From Deltaproteobacteria bacterium (GTDB lineage Bacteria > Desulfobacterota > GWC2-55-46): a DNA stretch of 62,745 bases. Below the pieces are notes generated by a model, which was given only the letters and a program-made list of their open reading frames with translations, was not told the DNA's origin and did not search any database. The first letter of the stretch is position 1. Every line of letters begins with the position of its first letter. Shown here piece by piece: positions 9,654 to 19,065 of this stretch. A program made the translations under genes and the position numbers. The DNA is taken from positions 1 to 62,745 of the forward strand of contig JACRCC010000002.1 in the NCBI GenBank assembly GCA_016234405.1, in the 5' to 3' direction.

Positions 9654-10511
9654 GTGCGCAAAAACATCGAAAAGATAAAAACGCTTTTTGAATCCCTTCC
9701 TTACATAAGGAAGTTTTACAACAAGACCATCGTGGTCAAATTCGGCGGACACGCCATGGTGGACGAAGGGTTGAAGCGCTCATTCGCGCGCGACATGGTG
9801 CTGATGAAGTACGTCGGCATAAACCCGGTCATCGTCCACGGCGGCGGGCCGCAGATAGGCGGGCTGCTCTCAAGGCTCGGCAAGGAGTCGCGCTTTGTAA
9901 AGGGCATCCGCGTTACGGACGACGAGACCATGGACATAGTCGAGATGGTGCTTGTGGGCAAGATAAATAAAGACATCGTCGGTCTCATTAACCACTTTGG
10001 CGGCAGGGCAGTGGGCCTCGGCGGCAAGGCCGGCGGGCTTATAAAGGCCAAGCCCCTCAAGATGAAGGGCGCGGACATGGGTTTTGCCGGCGACGTTGAG
10101 GCGATTGACGCTTCCGTCATAAGCGCCCTTGAGGCCAATAACTTCATCCCGGTCATCGCGCCCGTGGGCGGCGGGGATGACGGCGAGAGCTACAACATAA
10201 ACGCGGATACGGCGGCCGGTAAGATCGCCGCCGCGCTCAAGGCCGAAAAGCTGATACTCCTCACGGACGTGCAGGGCGTCCTCGATAAGGGAAAAAAACT
10301 CATATCCACGCTGAGCCTCTCGGAGGCGCGTTCCCTTATAACGAAAAAGGTCGCGCTCGGAGGCATGATACCAAAACTCAACTGCTGCATCGAGGCGGTC
10401 GCGGGCGGCGTGAACATGGCGCATATAATAGACGGCAGGGTGGAGCACGCGGTCATATTGGAGGTCTTCACGGACTCAGGGGTCGGCACGGCGATAGGGA
10501 TTAAGAGGTGA
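9654..10511 (+). CDS. argB: Acetylglutamate kinase
   Basis: [33 protein letters not shown]. 285 aa. GTG start. Confidence 0.93.
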   Translation: MRKNIEKIKTLFESLPYIRKFYNKTIVVKFGGHAMVDEGLKRSFARDMVLMKYVGINPVIVHGGGPQIGGLLSRLGKESRFVKGIRVTDDETMDIVEMVLVGKINKDIVGLINHFGGRAVGLGGKAGGLIKAKPLKMKGADMGFAGDVEAIDASVISALEANNFIPVIAPVGGGDDGESYNINADTAAGKIAAALKAEKLILLTDVQGVLDKGKKLISTLSLSEARSLITKKVALGGMIPKLNCCIEAVAGGVNMAHIIDGRVEHAVILEVFTDSGVGTAIGIKR

Positions 10512-10571
10512 CAAATCAGAAATTGTATTAGGAGGTTTTTTCAAAAATAGTAGCATGCGGGAGGTGCTGGC

Positions 10572-11111
10572 ATGAGGAGGATCGCCAAATTAGTTTCATG
10601 TCTTGCCGTAATGCTTTTGCTTGCGCTTTGTTCTCTTTGCGAGGCAGGCACTAAAAAACATTACAATGAAGAGAACGGGTTTTCGATAGAGTACCCCGAC
10701 GATTGGGACGTATCTCAGAACAAAAGAAACGTGAGCAAGACTGTCATTGTCGGTATTGACTCCTCGAAGGCCACGGAAGACTCTTTTGCGGTGCTTGCGT
10801 TCGTTGATGTCCACGAAACGAAAGACGGCGTCATGCTTGAAGAATACTTCAATTCTTATTTGGACTTCATGCGAGCTTCTTACTTTGGCGTGAAGATACA
10901 TAAGCAAGGCGATTTTTCAAAAAAAGGTGTTAAGGCAAAGTGGGCGATTTACGACCTCTACGTCGGCGACAATGTCGTGCGCAATATAACCTATTTTATC
11001 GTCAATGGAAAAAAGGCTTATCATGCAACAGGGGGCAGTTCTTCAGAAGGTTTTTCAAAGCGTCTAAAAACTTTCGAGAGTATTTTGCAGACTTTCGAGT
11101 TTAATGAGTAG
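10572..11111 (+). CDS. Secreted hypothetical protein (signal peptide; PsbP/DcrB-like feel). The gene is visibly AT-richer than its neighbours.
   Basis: N-terminal signal peptide MRRIAKLVSCLAVMLLLALCSLCEAG. I recognise no catalytic motif. Its composition contrasts with the flanking arg genes. Confidence 0.5.
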   Translation: MRRIAKLVSCLAVMLLLALCSLCEAGTKKHYNEENGFSIEYPDDWDVSQNKRNVSKTVIVGIDSSKATEDSFAVLAFVDVHETKDGVMLEEYFNSYLDFMRASYFGVKIHKQGDFSKKGVKAKWAIYDLYVGDNVVRNITYFIVNGKKAYHATGGSSSEGFSKRLKTFESILQTFEFNE

Positions 11112-11161
11112 ATGACGCACCTGGGTGTCTAAGTTAAAAATTTGAAAGAGAGGATATTTAC

Positions 11162-12361
11162 TTGTCAAACCAGTTAATCATTGAAAACACCGCAAACCAC
11201 GTAATGAACACCTACGGCCGCTTCCCAATCGCGCTCGTCAAAGGCAAGGGCGTAAGGGTTTGGGACGCGGACGGAAACGAGTATCTCGATTTCGCCTCGG
11301 GACTTGCGGTCTGTAACCTCGGGCATTGCCACCCGGACGTGGTGGCCGCCTTGAAGGCGCAGGCCGAAACCCTCATCCACGTCTCCAACCTCTACCACAT
11401 CGAGCCGCAATCAAGGCTTGCGGAGATGCTGACTCAAAATTCCTTTGCGGGAAAGGTCTTTTTCTGCAACTCCGGGGCAGAGGCCAACGAGGCGGCGCTG
11501 AAGCTCGTGAGGAAATATTTCGCCGTAAGGAACTCTCCGCGGTATCAGGTCATAACAATGGAGAAGTCGTTTCACGGACGCACCTTCGGGGCGCTCGCCG
11601 CAACCGGGCAAAAGAAATTTCAAGAGGGTTTCGAGCCTCTGCTTGAAAAGTTCACCTACGTCCCGTTTGACGACATCCGTGCCGTAAAAAAAGCCGTCAA
11701 CGAAAAAACCGCGGCCGTAATGCTCGAACCCGTGCAGGGTGAGGGCGGGGTGAACGTGCCCTCCGAAAAATACATGAAGGACCTTCGCGCGTTCTGCACC
11801 GAGGCCGGGATACTTCTCGTCTTCGACGAAGTGCAATCCGGCATGGGGAGAACGGGAAAACTCTTTGCCTACGAGCACTACGGCGTCACGCCGGATATAA
11901 TGACCCTTGCCAAGGGGCTTGCCGGAGGCGTCGCAATAGGCGCGATGCTCGCTACGGACGAGGCTGCATCGGCCTTTACGCCGGGCACGCACGCCTCGAC
12001 ATTCGGAGGCAACCCTCTCGCAACAGCCGTCGGCATTGCGGCGTTAAAAGTTTTGCTTGAAAAGGGCGTGATTGAAAATTGTCGCAAGACGGGCGAATAT
12101 CTTGTGAAGCGTCTTAACGCGCTTAAACGAAAATTTCCGTTTATAAAGGATGTCCGCGGCAAGGGGCTTCTCATCGGCGCGGAATTGGCCGAAGGCATCA
12201 AGGGCGGCGACATAGTCAAGGAGTGCATGAGCAAGGGAGTTTTGATAAATTGCGTTCACGACAAGGTGCTGCGCTTTATCCCCGCGCTCATAGTTACGGA
12301 GAAGGAAGTGGACGAGATGCTGGGGGTGCTGGAGGGGGCGCTGGCGGGGGTGAAGGCATAG
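11162..12361 (+). CDS. argD: Acetylornithine aminotransferase
   Basis: Class-III aminotransferase motifs are present: GLAVCNLGHCHP, NSGAEANEAALK, DEVQSGMGRTGKLFA, and a PLP lysine context (TLAKGLAGG). TTG start. Confidence 0.9.
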   Translation: MSNQLIIENTANHVMNTYGRFPIALVKGKGVRVWDADGNEYLDFASGLAVCNLGHCHPDVVAALKAQAETLIHVSNLYHIEPQSRLAEMLTQNSFAGKVFFCNSGAEANEAALKLVRKYFAVRNSPRYQVITMEKSFHGRTFGALAATGQKKFQEGFEPLLEKFTYVPFDDIRAVKKAVNEKTAAVMLEPVQGEGGVNVPSEKYMKDLRAFCTEAGILLVFDEVQSGMGRTGKLFAYEHYGVTPDIMTLAKGLAGGVAIGAMLATDEAASAFTPGTHASTFGGNPLATAVGIAALKVLLEKGVIENCRKTGEYLVKRLNALKRKFPFIKDVRGKGLLIGAELAEGIKGGDIVKECMSKGVLINCVHDKVLRFIPALIVTEKEVDEMLGVLEGALAGVKA

Positions 12362-12387
12362 CCGGTTAACACGTTAAGGAGGTTTGT

Positions 12388-12612
12388 ATGTTGAATCAAT
12401 TTACGGCCGTATTTGAGGAAGAGGAAAAATGGTGGATCGCTTATATCGAGGAGATGCCGGGCGTGAACACGCAGGGCGCGACATTAGAGGAGGCGAGGGA
12501 AAATCTTAAAGAGGCGGCCGCGCTTGTTATCGAGTCTAACAGGGAAATTGCGGAACGCGGCATCGCCGGAAAAAATTGCGTTAAAGAAGAACTTGTTGTA
12601 GAAACCCGATGA
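12388..12612 (+). CDS. hicB: HicB-like antitoxin (short, UPF0150-type)
   Basis: 74 aa. ...WWIAYIEEMPGVNTQGATLEEARENLKEA... is typical of the HicB N-domain fold. There is a 4-nt ATGA overlap with the following hicA-like gene. Confidence 0.7.
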   Translation: MLNQFTAVFEEEEKWWIAYIEEMPGVNTQGATLEEARENLKEAAALVIESNREIAERGIAGKNCVKEELVVETR

Positions 12613-12794
12613 AACGCCGTGAACTGCTCAGACATTTAAAGCAACACGGATGCGAACTGTTTCGAGAGGGCGGCAAGCACTCGGTCTATTTTAACGTCGT
12701 TGGCAGGAAAACATCCAGTGTGCCGAGACATAACGAAATTGCAGATAAACTTGCAAGAAAGATTTGTAAAGACCTCGACATAAAAGAGCCTTGA
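12609..12794 (+). CDS. hicA: HicA-like mRNA interferase toxin
   Basis: 61 aa. MKRRELLRHLKQHGCELFREGGKHSVY... is the YcfA/HicA signature. Confidence 0.75.
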   Translation: MKRRELLRHLKQHGCELFREGGKHSVYFNVVGRKTSSVPRHNEIADKLARKICKDLDIKEP

Positions 12795-12820
12795 TTTTTT
12801 TGCGCGCACAAGGACACCAA

Positions 12821-13723
12821 ATGAACCTCTTAAAACTTTCAGACCTGACCAAGTCCGACATTGACGTTCTCCTCGCGTCAGCCGCGTCGTTGAAGGCGCG
12901 CCAAAAAAGGGGCATCCCGCACCAGCCCTTGAAGGGCAAGACCCTGGGCCTCATATTCGAGAAGTCCTCGACGCGCACGCGGGTCTCTTTCGAGGTGGCC
13001 ATGCAGCAGCTCGGCGGCACGGCCATCTTTATTAGCAATAAGGATTCCCAGATGGGCAGGGGCGAACCCATAAAAGACACTGCCCGCGTCATGTCGCGCT
13101 ACGTGGACGGGGTCGTCATTCGCACCTTCGGGCAGGATATAATCGAGGAGTTTGCGCGGTACTCCGCCGTCCCTGTGATAAACGGCCTCACGGACGGGCA
13201 CCACCCGTGTCAGGCGCTCGCCGACATAATGACGGTTGTCGAAAAAAAAGGCGGCTATCGGGGAATGAAGGTCTGTTGGATTGGCGACGGCAACAATATG
13301 GCCAATTCGTGGCTCGAGGCCGCGGGCATACTCGGGTTCGAGCTTAGGCTCGCGTGTCCGAAAAATTATCTGCCGGACTCCAAGATACTTAAAAACGCGA
13401 AGGCCGCTAATGAAAATATCCATCTCGTAAAGACGCCGCAGGAGGCCGCAAAAGACGCGGACGTATTGAATACCGACGTCTGGGCCTCGATGGGGCAGGA
13501 GAAAGAAGCAACGGCGCGGAAAAAGGCCTTTAAAGGTTTTACGATAAATGCTAAAATACTTGCCCTTGCGAACCCGGACGCGATAGTGCTGCACTGCCTT
13601 CCCGCACACAGGGGCGAAGAGATAACGGATGACGTCATCGAGGGGGCTAATTCAGCGGTCTGGGACGAGGCCGAGAATAGGCTCCACATCCAGAAGGCGA
13701 TACTTGAGCGTCTGCTTGCGTGA
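12821..13723 (+). CDS. argF: Ornithine carbamoyltransferase
   Basis: STRTRVSFEVA, HPCQALAD and HCLPAHRGEE motifs. ATG 12821 (MNLLKLSDL) is preferred to the TTG at 12791, which overlaps hicA. Confidence 0.93.
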   Translation: MNLLKLSDLTKSDIDVLLASAASLKARQKRGIPHQPLKGKTLGLIFEKSSTRTRVSFEVAMQQLGGTAIFISNKDSQMGRGEPIKDTARVMSRYVDGVVIRTFGQDIIEEFARYSAVPVINGLTDGHHPCQALADIMTVVEKKGGYRGMKVCWIGDGNNMANSWLEAAGILGFELRLACPKNYLPDSKILKNAKAANENIHLVKTPQEAAKDADVLNTDVWASMGQEKEATARKKAFKGFTINAKILALANPDAIVLHCLPAHRGEEITDDVIEGANSAVWDEAENRLHIQKAILERLLA

Positions 13724-13749
13724 TTTTTTCTCTTGAGGTGACAATTTAA

Positions 13750-14967
13750 ATGCCCAAAGACATAAAAAAGGTGGTCCTCGCCTATTCCGGCGGTCTCGAT
13801 ACGTCCGTTATAATCAAGTGGCTGATCGAAAGATACGGCTGCGAGGTCATAGCGTTTTCAGCGGACATCGGGCAGGGGTCGGAATTGACGGGCCTGAAGG
13901 AAAAGGCCATCAAGACCGGCGCAAAAAAAATATTTATCGAAGACCTGCGCGAGGAGTTCGCAAAGGATTTTGTCTTCCCCATGCTGCGCGCCTCCGCGGT
14001 CTACGAGGGGACGTATCTGCTCGGCACTTCCATAGCAAGGCCGCTGATTGCAAAGGCGCAGATGGAGATAGCGAAAAAGACCAATGCTGACGCGGTCTCC
14101 CACGGCGCAACCGGAAAGGGCAACGATCAGGTAAGGTTCGAGCTTACGTATTACTCCATAAATCCCCATATCAAGGTCATTGCCCCGTGGAGGGAGTGGG
14201 AGATGAAGGGCAGGGCGGACCTCGTGAGGTATGCCAAGCGTCACGGCATACCCGTGCCGGTAACCAAGGCAAAGCCCTATAGTTCGGACAGAAATCTTTT
14301 TCATATAAGTTTCGAGGGCGGCGTACTCGAAGACCCGTGGGCCGAGGCGCCTGAGGATATGTACGTGCTGACGACCGCGCCTGAAAAGGCGCCCGACAAA
14401 CCCATTTATGTTGAAATCGGTTTTGAGGGTGGAAATCCCGTAACCATAAACGGCAAGAAATTTTCTCCGGCCAATCTCATTGCGAGGTTAAACGACATCG
14501 GCGGTTTGCACGGCGTGGGTCGCGTTGACATGGTTGAGAGCCGCTGCGTGGGCATGAAGTCTCGCGGCGTATACGAGACCCCGGGCGGGACGATTCTTCA
14601 CGTTGCAAGGCGGGCCGTTGAGTCTCTTACAATGGACAGGGAGGTCCTGCACCTGCGCGATTCCCTCATCCCCCGCTACGCGGAGCTTGTCTATAACGGA
14701 TATTGGTATTCGCCGGAGAGGTCGTCCTTGCAAAAACTGATTGACGACGCGGCGTCCGGGGTTACGGGCTTGGCGCGGATTAAATTGTACAAGGGAAGCG
14801 CGGCGGTTGCCGGCAGAAAGGCAGAAAAATCGCTCTATCACCCGGATTTTGCGACATTCGAGGAAGACACGGTCTATGACCAGAAAGACGCCGAAGGGTT
14901 CATAAAGATAAACGCCCTGCGGCTCAAGATAAAGTCAATGGTCGAGAGGGCGTCAAAAAGGCGGTGA
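13750..14967 (+). CDS. argG: Argininosuccinate synthase
   Basis: [13 protein letters not shown] (N-type ATP-PPase), [14 protein letters not shown]. 405 aa. Confidence 0.95.
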   Translation: MPKDIKKVVLAYSGGLDTSVIIKWLIERYGCEVIAFSADIGQGSELTGLKEKAIKTGAKKIFIEDLREEFAKDFVFPMLRASAVYEGTYLLGTSIARPLIAKAQMEIAKKTNADAVSHGATGKGNDQVRFELTYYSINPHIKVIAPWREWEMKGRADLVRYAKRHGIPVPVTKAKPYSSDRNLFHISFEGGVLEDPWAEAPEDMYVLTTAPEKAPDKPIYVEIGFEGGNPVTINGKKFSPANLIARLNDIGGLHGVGRVDMVESRCVGMKSRGVYETPGGTILHVARRAVESLTMDREVLHLRDSLIPRYAELVYNGYWYSPERSSLQKLIDDAASGVTGLARIKLYKGSAAVAGRKAEKSLYHPDFATFEEDTVYDQKDAEGFIKINALRLKIKSMVERASKRR

Positions 14968-14970
14968 TGA

Positions 14971-15017
14971 GGCCGTGTCCGTGTAAAAAACGATCCCTTT
15001 ACGGTCACGGTTCACGG
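14971..15017. repeat. CGTGA(A/C)C heptad-repeat hairpin element, copy A
   Basis: The sequence ggccgtgtccgtgtaaaaaacgatccctttacggtcacggttcacgg begins 4 nt after the argG stop. Its arms are complementary. Confidence 0.75.
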
Positions 15018-15038
15018 TAGTTACAAGGAGACATCCTC

Positions 15039-15812
15039 TTGAAGATTTGCAGATACTCATACGACGGCCCTGCCCGCATGGGCGTAGTGAAGGGCAACGT
15101 CGTTTACCGGATGGAAGAAGACCCGGCAACCGGCAGGTTTACCGGTGAGATAATGCGCGGCGAGGTGAAACTTTTGGATCAGGTAAAACTCCTCCCGCCG
15201 GTCACGCCCACGAAGATAGTTGCAATCGGGCTAAACTACAAGGCCCACGCCGCCGAGTTCGGCAAACCCCTCCCCGAAACGCCGATGCTCTTTTTGAAGC
15301 CCTCCACCGCGGTCATTGGACACAATGACGCCATCGTCTATCCCTCGCACATGTCCCACAGGGTTGATTACGAAGGCGAGTTGGCCGTAGTCGTCGGCCG
15401 AAAGGCCAAGGACGTGCCCGTTGACAAGGCGCAGGATTATATTCTGGGATATACTTGCATCAACGACGTTACGGCAAGAGACCTTCAGGGCAAAGACGTT
15501 CAGTTCACGAGGGCAAAGGGCTTTGACACCTTCGCGCCCATAGGCCCGTGGGTGGAGACGGACATTGACCCGCTTAACGTGAGGATTGAGACATGGCTCA
15601 ACGGGGAGAAAAAACAGGACACCTCCACAAAGGACATGATATTTAACGTCTATGAACTTTTCAGTTTCGTCTCTCAAGTCATGACGCTCGTGGCCGGGGA
15701 CGTGATCGCCACAGGCACGCCTTCGGGGATTGGCAAGATGGCGCCCGGAGACTCGGTAGAGGTTATTATCGAGGGCATTGGGACTCTAAAGAATATTGTC
15801 GCGGCGCGGTAG
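15039..15812 (+). CDS. Fumarylacetoacetate hydrolase (FAH) family protein
   Basis: The motifs GLNYKAHAAE, DYEGELAVVVGR, FTRAKGFDTFAPIGPW and GDVIATGTPSGIG are diagnostic for FAH-family hydrolases/isomerases. TTG start. Confidence 0.85.
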   Translation: MKICRYSYDGPARMGVVKGNVVYRMEEDPATGRFTGEIMRGEVKLLDQVKLLPPVTPTKIVAIGLNYKAHAAEFGKPLPETPMLFLKPSTAVIGHNDAIVYPSHMSHRVDYEGELAVVVGRKAKDVPVDKAQDYILGYTCINDVTARDLQGKDVQFTRAKGFDTFAPIGPWVETDIDPLNVRIETWLNGEKKQDTSTKDMIFNVYELFSFVSQVMTLVAGDVIATGTPSGIGKMAPGDSVEVIIEGIGTLKNIVAAR

Positions 15813-15816
15813 CAGT

Positions 15817-15871
15817 CCGTAGCTCAGGGCTTTAGCCCTGATACAATCAGGCCTGAAGGCCTGAGCTACGG
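15817..15871. repeat. GTAGCTCAG double-hairpin element, copy 1
   Basis: In ccGTAGCTCAGGGCTTTAGCCCTGatacaaTCAGGCCTGAAGGCCTGAGCTACgg, the outer stem GTAGCTCAG/CTGAGCTAC encloses two small hairpins. Confidence 0.85.
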
Positions 15872-15887
15872 TCTGAGCTGTGGCTTG

Positions 15888-15912
15888 CGTTCCCACGCGG
15901 AGCGTGGGAACG
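15888..15912. repeat. GTTCCCACGC hairpin element, copy 1
   Basis: cGTTCCCACGCggaGCGTGGGAACg is a perfect 10-bp stem. Related copies lie at 19470-19492 and 43363-43388. Confidence 0.85.
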
Positions 15913-15962
15913 ATGAAAAAAGCGGCCGTCCATTGATTGTGAAAAGAGGAGGCAAGGTTTCC

Positions 15963-17198
15963 ATGTCAGGGGATTTCATTCAAGGTCTTTTTGCCGACAG
16001 GATAGGCGGCAAGGGTTTCGGTAAAGAGACGCGGATCTATAAGTTCGAGAAGATAAAAAGGGCCAAGGCCGAGGCCCGGAAAAATTCGCCGAATATCGAG
16101 CTTCTCGACTTCGGCGTTGGTGAACCCGACGAGATGGCGCCTTCCGTCGTCGTCGAGGCGTTAAGGCACGAATGCGCCAAGCCTGAAAACAGGGGCTACG
16201 CCGATAACGGCATAATGGAATTGAAAGAGGCCGCGGCAAGATATTTGGAGAAGGTCTACGGCGTCAAGGGCATTGATCCTGCAACCGAGGTCTTGCACTC
16301 CATCGGCTCTAAGCCCTGCCTCGCCATGCTTCCCGACGCCTTCATCAATCCAGGCGATGCAGTCCTTATGACCGTGCCGGGTTATCCCATAATGGGCACG
16401 CACGCACAGTGGAACGGAGGGCGCGTCGTAAAACTTCCGCTCAAGGAAGAGAACTCGTTTCTGCCGGATTTCAAGGCCATAACGAAAGCAGACCTCAAGG
16501 CCGCCAAACTCCTTTATATAAACTATCCGAATAACCCGACGGGCGCGTCCGCGACAGAGGCATTTTTCAAGGACGTTGTGCGGTTCGCGCGCGAAAACGA
16601 AGTGCTCGTTGTCCACGACGCGGCTTATGCAGCCCTTGCCTACGACGGTATCCCGTTGAGCTTTCTTGCAACGGAAGGGGCAAAGGAAGTCGGCATCGAG
16701 ATACATTCGTTTTCAAAGGCCTTCAACATGACGGGCTGGAGGCTCGCGTTCGCGGCGGGCAACGCAAAGGCCGTGGCCGCCTTCGGCTTTGTCAAGGACA
16801 ACTGCGACTCCGGGCAGTTCATCGCCATACAAAAGGCCGGCGTCTACGCCCTCGACCATTCGGAGATAACCGACAAGATTTCCGCTAAGTATAAAAGAAG
16901 GCTCGGCATGATGGCCGAGGCGTTGAATGCGTGCGGCTTTTCGGCCCAAGCTCCGAAAGGCTCGTTCTATATCTACGTCAAGGCCCCGAGGCGCGCTAAG
17001 GGCGGGGTAAAATTCGCCGCGGCCGAGGCAGTCTCGGAATTTCTAATAAAAGAGGCATCCATTTCAACCGTGCCGTGGGACGACGCCGGGAGTTATCTGA
17101 GGTTTTCAGCCACGTTCATCGCAAAGGACAAGGACGACGAGTTCAGGGCCGTCGAAGAGATGAAAAAGAGGCTCAAGGCGCTCGAACTCGAATTCTGA
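15963..17198 (+). CDS. Class I/II PLP-dependent aminotransferase (LL-diaminopimelate/aspartate aminotransferase-like)
   Basis: The motifs GVGEPDE, YINYPNNPTG and HSFSKAFNMTGWRLAF (PLP-Lys) are present. ATG 15963 is preferred because a GAGGAGG SD lies upstream. The ORF-track N-terminus (15885-15962) is encoded by the repeat hairpin. Confidence 0.75.
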   Translation: MSGDFIQGLFADRIGGKGFGKETRIYKFEKIKRAKAEARKNSPNIELLDFGVGEPDEMAPSVVVEALRHECAKPENRGYADNGIMELKEAAARYLEKVYGVKGIDPATEVLHSIGSKPCLAMLPDAFINPGDAVLMTVPGYPIMGTHAQWNGGRVVKLPLKEENSFLPDFKAITKADLKAAKLLYINYPNNPTGASATEAFFKDVVRFARENEVLVVHDAAYAALAYDGIPLSFLATEGAKEVGIEIHSFSKAFNMTGWRLAFAAGNAKAVAAFGFVKDNCDSGQFIAIQKAGVYALDHSEITDKISAKYKRRLGMMAEALNACGFSAQAPKGSFYIYVKAPRRAKGGVKFAAAEAVSEFLIKEASISTVPWDDAGSYLRFSATFIAKDKDDEFRAVEEMKKRLKALELEF

Positions 17199-17204
17199 AG
17201 TTAA

Positions 17205-17313
17205 GGCCGTGTAACGGCCGTGACCGTGAACCGTGACCGTTAAAAATAACGTCGAAATGGAAATGAGCAAAACGGCAACAGGCCATCACGGTCAACGGTT
17301 ACGGTTCACGGCC
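17205..17313. repeat. CGTGA(A/C)C heptad-repeat element, copy B. The inverted arms (17205-17240 and 17281-17313) bracket the folK start codons.
   Basis: The left arm is ggccgtgtaacggccgtgaccgtgaaccgtgaccgt and the right arm is ggccatcacggtcaacggttacggttcacggcc. The 28-mer aacggccgtgaccgtgaaccgtgaccgt is identical to 30211-30238. Confidence 0.8.
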
Positions 17314-17784
17314 TTCATATCCATCGGCTCCAACACCGGAGACAAGTCCTTTAACTGCCGCAAGGCCATTGAACGCCTGTCCGAAAACCCGGCCATAGCC
17401 GTTGTCAAAAAAAGTTCTTTCTACGACACGCCGCCGTGGGGTTATAAAGACCAGCCCTCCTTCGTAAACGCGGCAATTGAAATTACGACAAGCCTCAGCC
17501 CCGGCGAACTCCTCGAAAATTTGAAGACAATCGAATCCGGCATGGGCAGGGTTGAGACCCTTCGTTGGGGCCCTCGCGTCGTTGACCTCGATTTAATCTT
17601 TTATAACGGCCTCATCATGGAGTCTGAGACGTTAACGCTCCCGCACCCATTGGCGCATGAGAGGGCGTTCGTGCTCGCGCCTCTATTGGAAATCGCGCCG
17701 GAGTTCGTTCATCCGGTCCTGAAAAAAACCGTATCGGAACTTCTTGCCGGGTTAAAAGACGTTGCCGGGTGCAGGAAGATATAA
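17257..17784 (+). CDS. folK: 2-amino-4-hydroxy-6-hydroxymethyldihydropteridine pyrophosphokinase (HPPK)
   Basis: AFISIGSNTGD, PPWGYKDQPSFVNA, RWGPRVVDLDLI, LPHPLAHERAFVLAPL. The start is ATG 17257 or 17263. The GTG at 17233 lies inside the repeat arm. Confidence 0.88.
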   Translation: MEMSKTATGHHGQRLRFTAFISIGSNTGDKSFNCRKAIERLSENPAIAVVKKSSFYDTPPWGYKDQPSFVNAAIEITTSLSPGELLENLKTIESGMGRVETLRWGPRVVDLDLIFYNGLIMESETLTLPHPLAHERAFVLAPLLEIAPEFVHPVLKKTVSELLAGLKDVAGCRKI

Positions 17785-17883
17785 ATGATATTGACGGCGC
17801 GCCGCTCTCCTGCTATCTTAAATCTGCGTTAACATAGGCTTTTTTCGACGGCATACACTTTATATTTTTAAAGGAGGGTTTAT

Positions 17884-18684
17884 ATGGATTGGGGGATGAA
17901 AAACCGGCTCTCGCGCATAATCAGGCCTGAGACCGGCAGGACGGTGATGCTCGCGGTTGACCACGGATACTTTCTCGGGCCCACGACCGGATTGCAGGAA
18001 CCGGGTAAAACTATTGCGCCGCTTATCCCTTACGCGGATTCCTTGATGCTCACGAGGGGAGTTTTGCGCTCGTGCGTAACGACCGCGACCGACATACCCA
18101 TAGTTCTGCGCGTCTCAGGCGGCACAAGCATCCTCGGAAACCTCGCCAACGAGGCCACGACCGTGTCCATGAAAGACGCGCTGCGCCTGAACGTATCGGG
18201 CGTTGCGCTCTCGATATTCGTAGGGTCGGACCTTGAGCGTCAGACGCTTTTGGCTATGGCCGACCTCATCAACGAAGGAGAAGATTGCGGCGTGCCGGTG
18301 CTCGCGGTAACGGCCGTCGGAAAAGACATGGCGCGGGATTCGCGGTATCTCGGCCTTGCGTGCAGGATAGCCGCGGAGCTCGGCGCTCACGTGGTCAAGA
18401 CCTACTACTGCGAGGACTTCGAGAAGGTCGTAAAGAACTGCCCGGTGCCCATAGTCATTGCCGGCGGAAAGAAGATACCGGAATTGGACGCCTTGAAACT
18501 CGCCTTTGACGCGGTCTCGAGGGGCGCGGTTGGCGTTGACATGGGAAGGAATATCTTCCAGTCCGAGCACCCGGTGGCCATGATACGCACGGTGAGGGAG
18601 ATAGTCCACAACAACATGCCGCTCGATAAGGCGGTTGACATGTATAAAACCCTGTCGAAGGAAAAGGAGACGGCCTTCGCGTAG
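17884..18684 (+). CDS. Class I aldolase of the DhnA/LsrF/ADH-synthase family
   Basis: DWGMKNRLSRIIRPETGRTVMLAVDHGYFLGPTTGL closely resembles the E. coli LsrF N-terminal region. A Schiff-base lysine context (HVVKTYY) and GRNIFQ are also present. Confidence 0.75.
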   Translation: MDWGMKNRLSRIIRPETGRTVMLAVDHGYFLGPTTGLQEPGKTIAPLIPYADSLMLTRGVLRSCVTTATDIPIVLRVSGGTSILGNLANEATTVSMKDALRLNVSGVALSIFVGSDLERQTLLAMADLINEGEDCGVPVLAVTAVGKDMARDSRYLGLACRIAAELGAHVVKTYYCEDFEKVVKNCPVPIVIAGGKKIPELDALKLAFDAVSRGAVGVDMGRNIFQSEHPVAMIRTVREIVHNNMPLDKAVDMYKTLSKEKETAFA

Positions 18685-18726
18685 GCGTGAAAGAAGTCAT
18701 GAGTCGGAAGATGGAAGTCGGAATTT

Positions 18727-19065
18727 ATGCGCCGTCGGGAGTTTCCGCCTGACGGCGCAACCTCAAAAGGGGTATATGTGTTTGTTATTGATGATATAAT
18801 ATGGCTTGAGACTGTAGTTGAAAAGCTAGCATGGAAACATAATGTGTTGACGTCAGAGGCTGAAGAGGTTTTGGTTGGGGATTGCCGGATATTTAAAAAG
18901 GAAAATGGCAAGGTTGAAGGCGAGCATTTATACAATGCGCTCGGCAAGACAACCGGCGGCAGGTATTTATCCGTTTTTTTTATCAGGAAATTAGATAATA
19001 AGGCGTTGATAGTTACCGCGAGAGATATGAACAGAAGGGAGAGAAATAGATATGAAACAAAGTAA
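18727..19065 (+). CDS. brnT: BrnT-like (DUF497) toxin
   Basis: Its size, a ...GGRYLSVFF...LIVTARDMNRRERNRY C-terminus typical of DUF497, and its overlap with a BrnA-like gene support the call. The exact start is uncertain. The locus is AT-rich. Confidence 0.55.
   Translation: MRRREFPPDGATSKGVYVFVIDDIIWLETVVEKLAWKHNVLTSEAEEVLVGDCRIFKKENGKVEGEHLYNALGKTTGGRYLSVFFIRKLDNKALIVTARDMNRRERNRYETK

Noticed and set aside
15817-15871. A possible tRNA gene, because of the TAGCTCAG D-arm-like sequence. The same applies at 21428, 35730 and 56524.
   Set aside because: No acceptor-stem pairing, anticodon arm or GTTCRANYC T-arm is present. The sequence is a symmetric palindrome repeated at several loci, so it is a REP-like element and not a tRNA.
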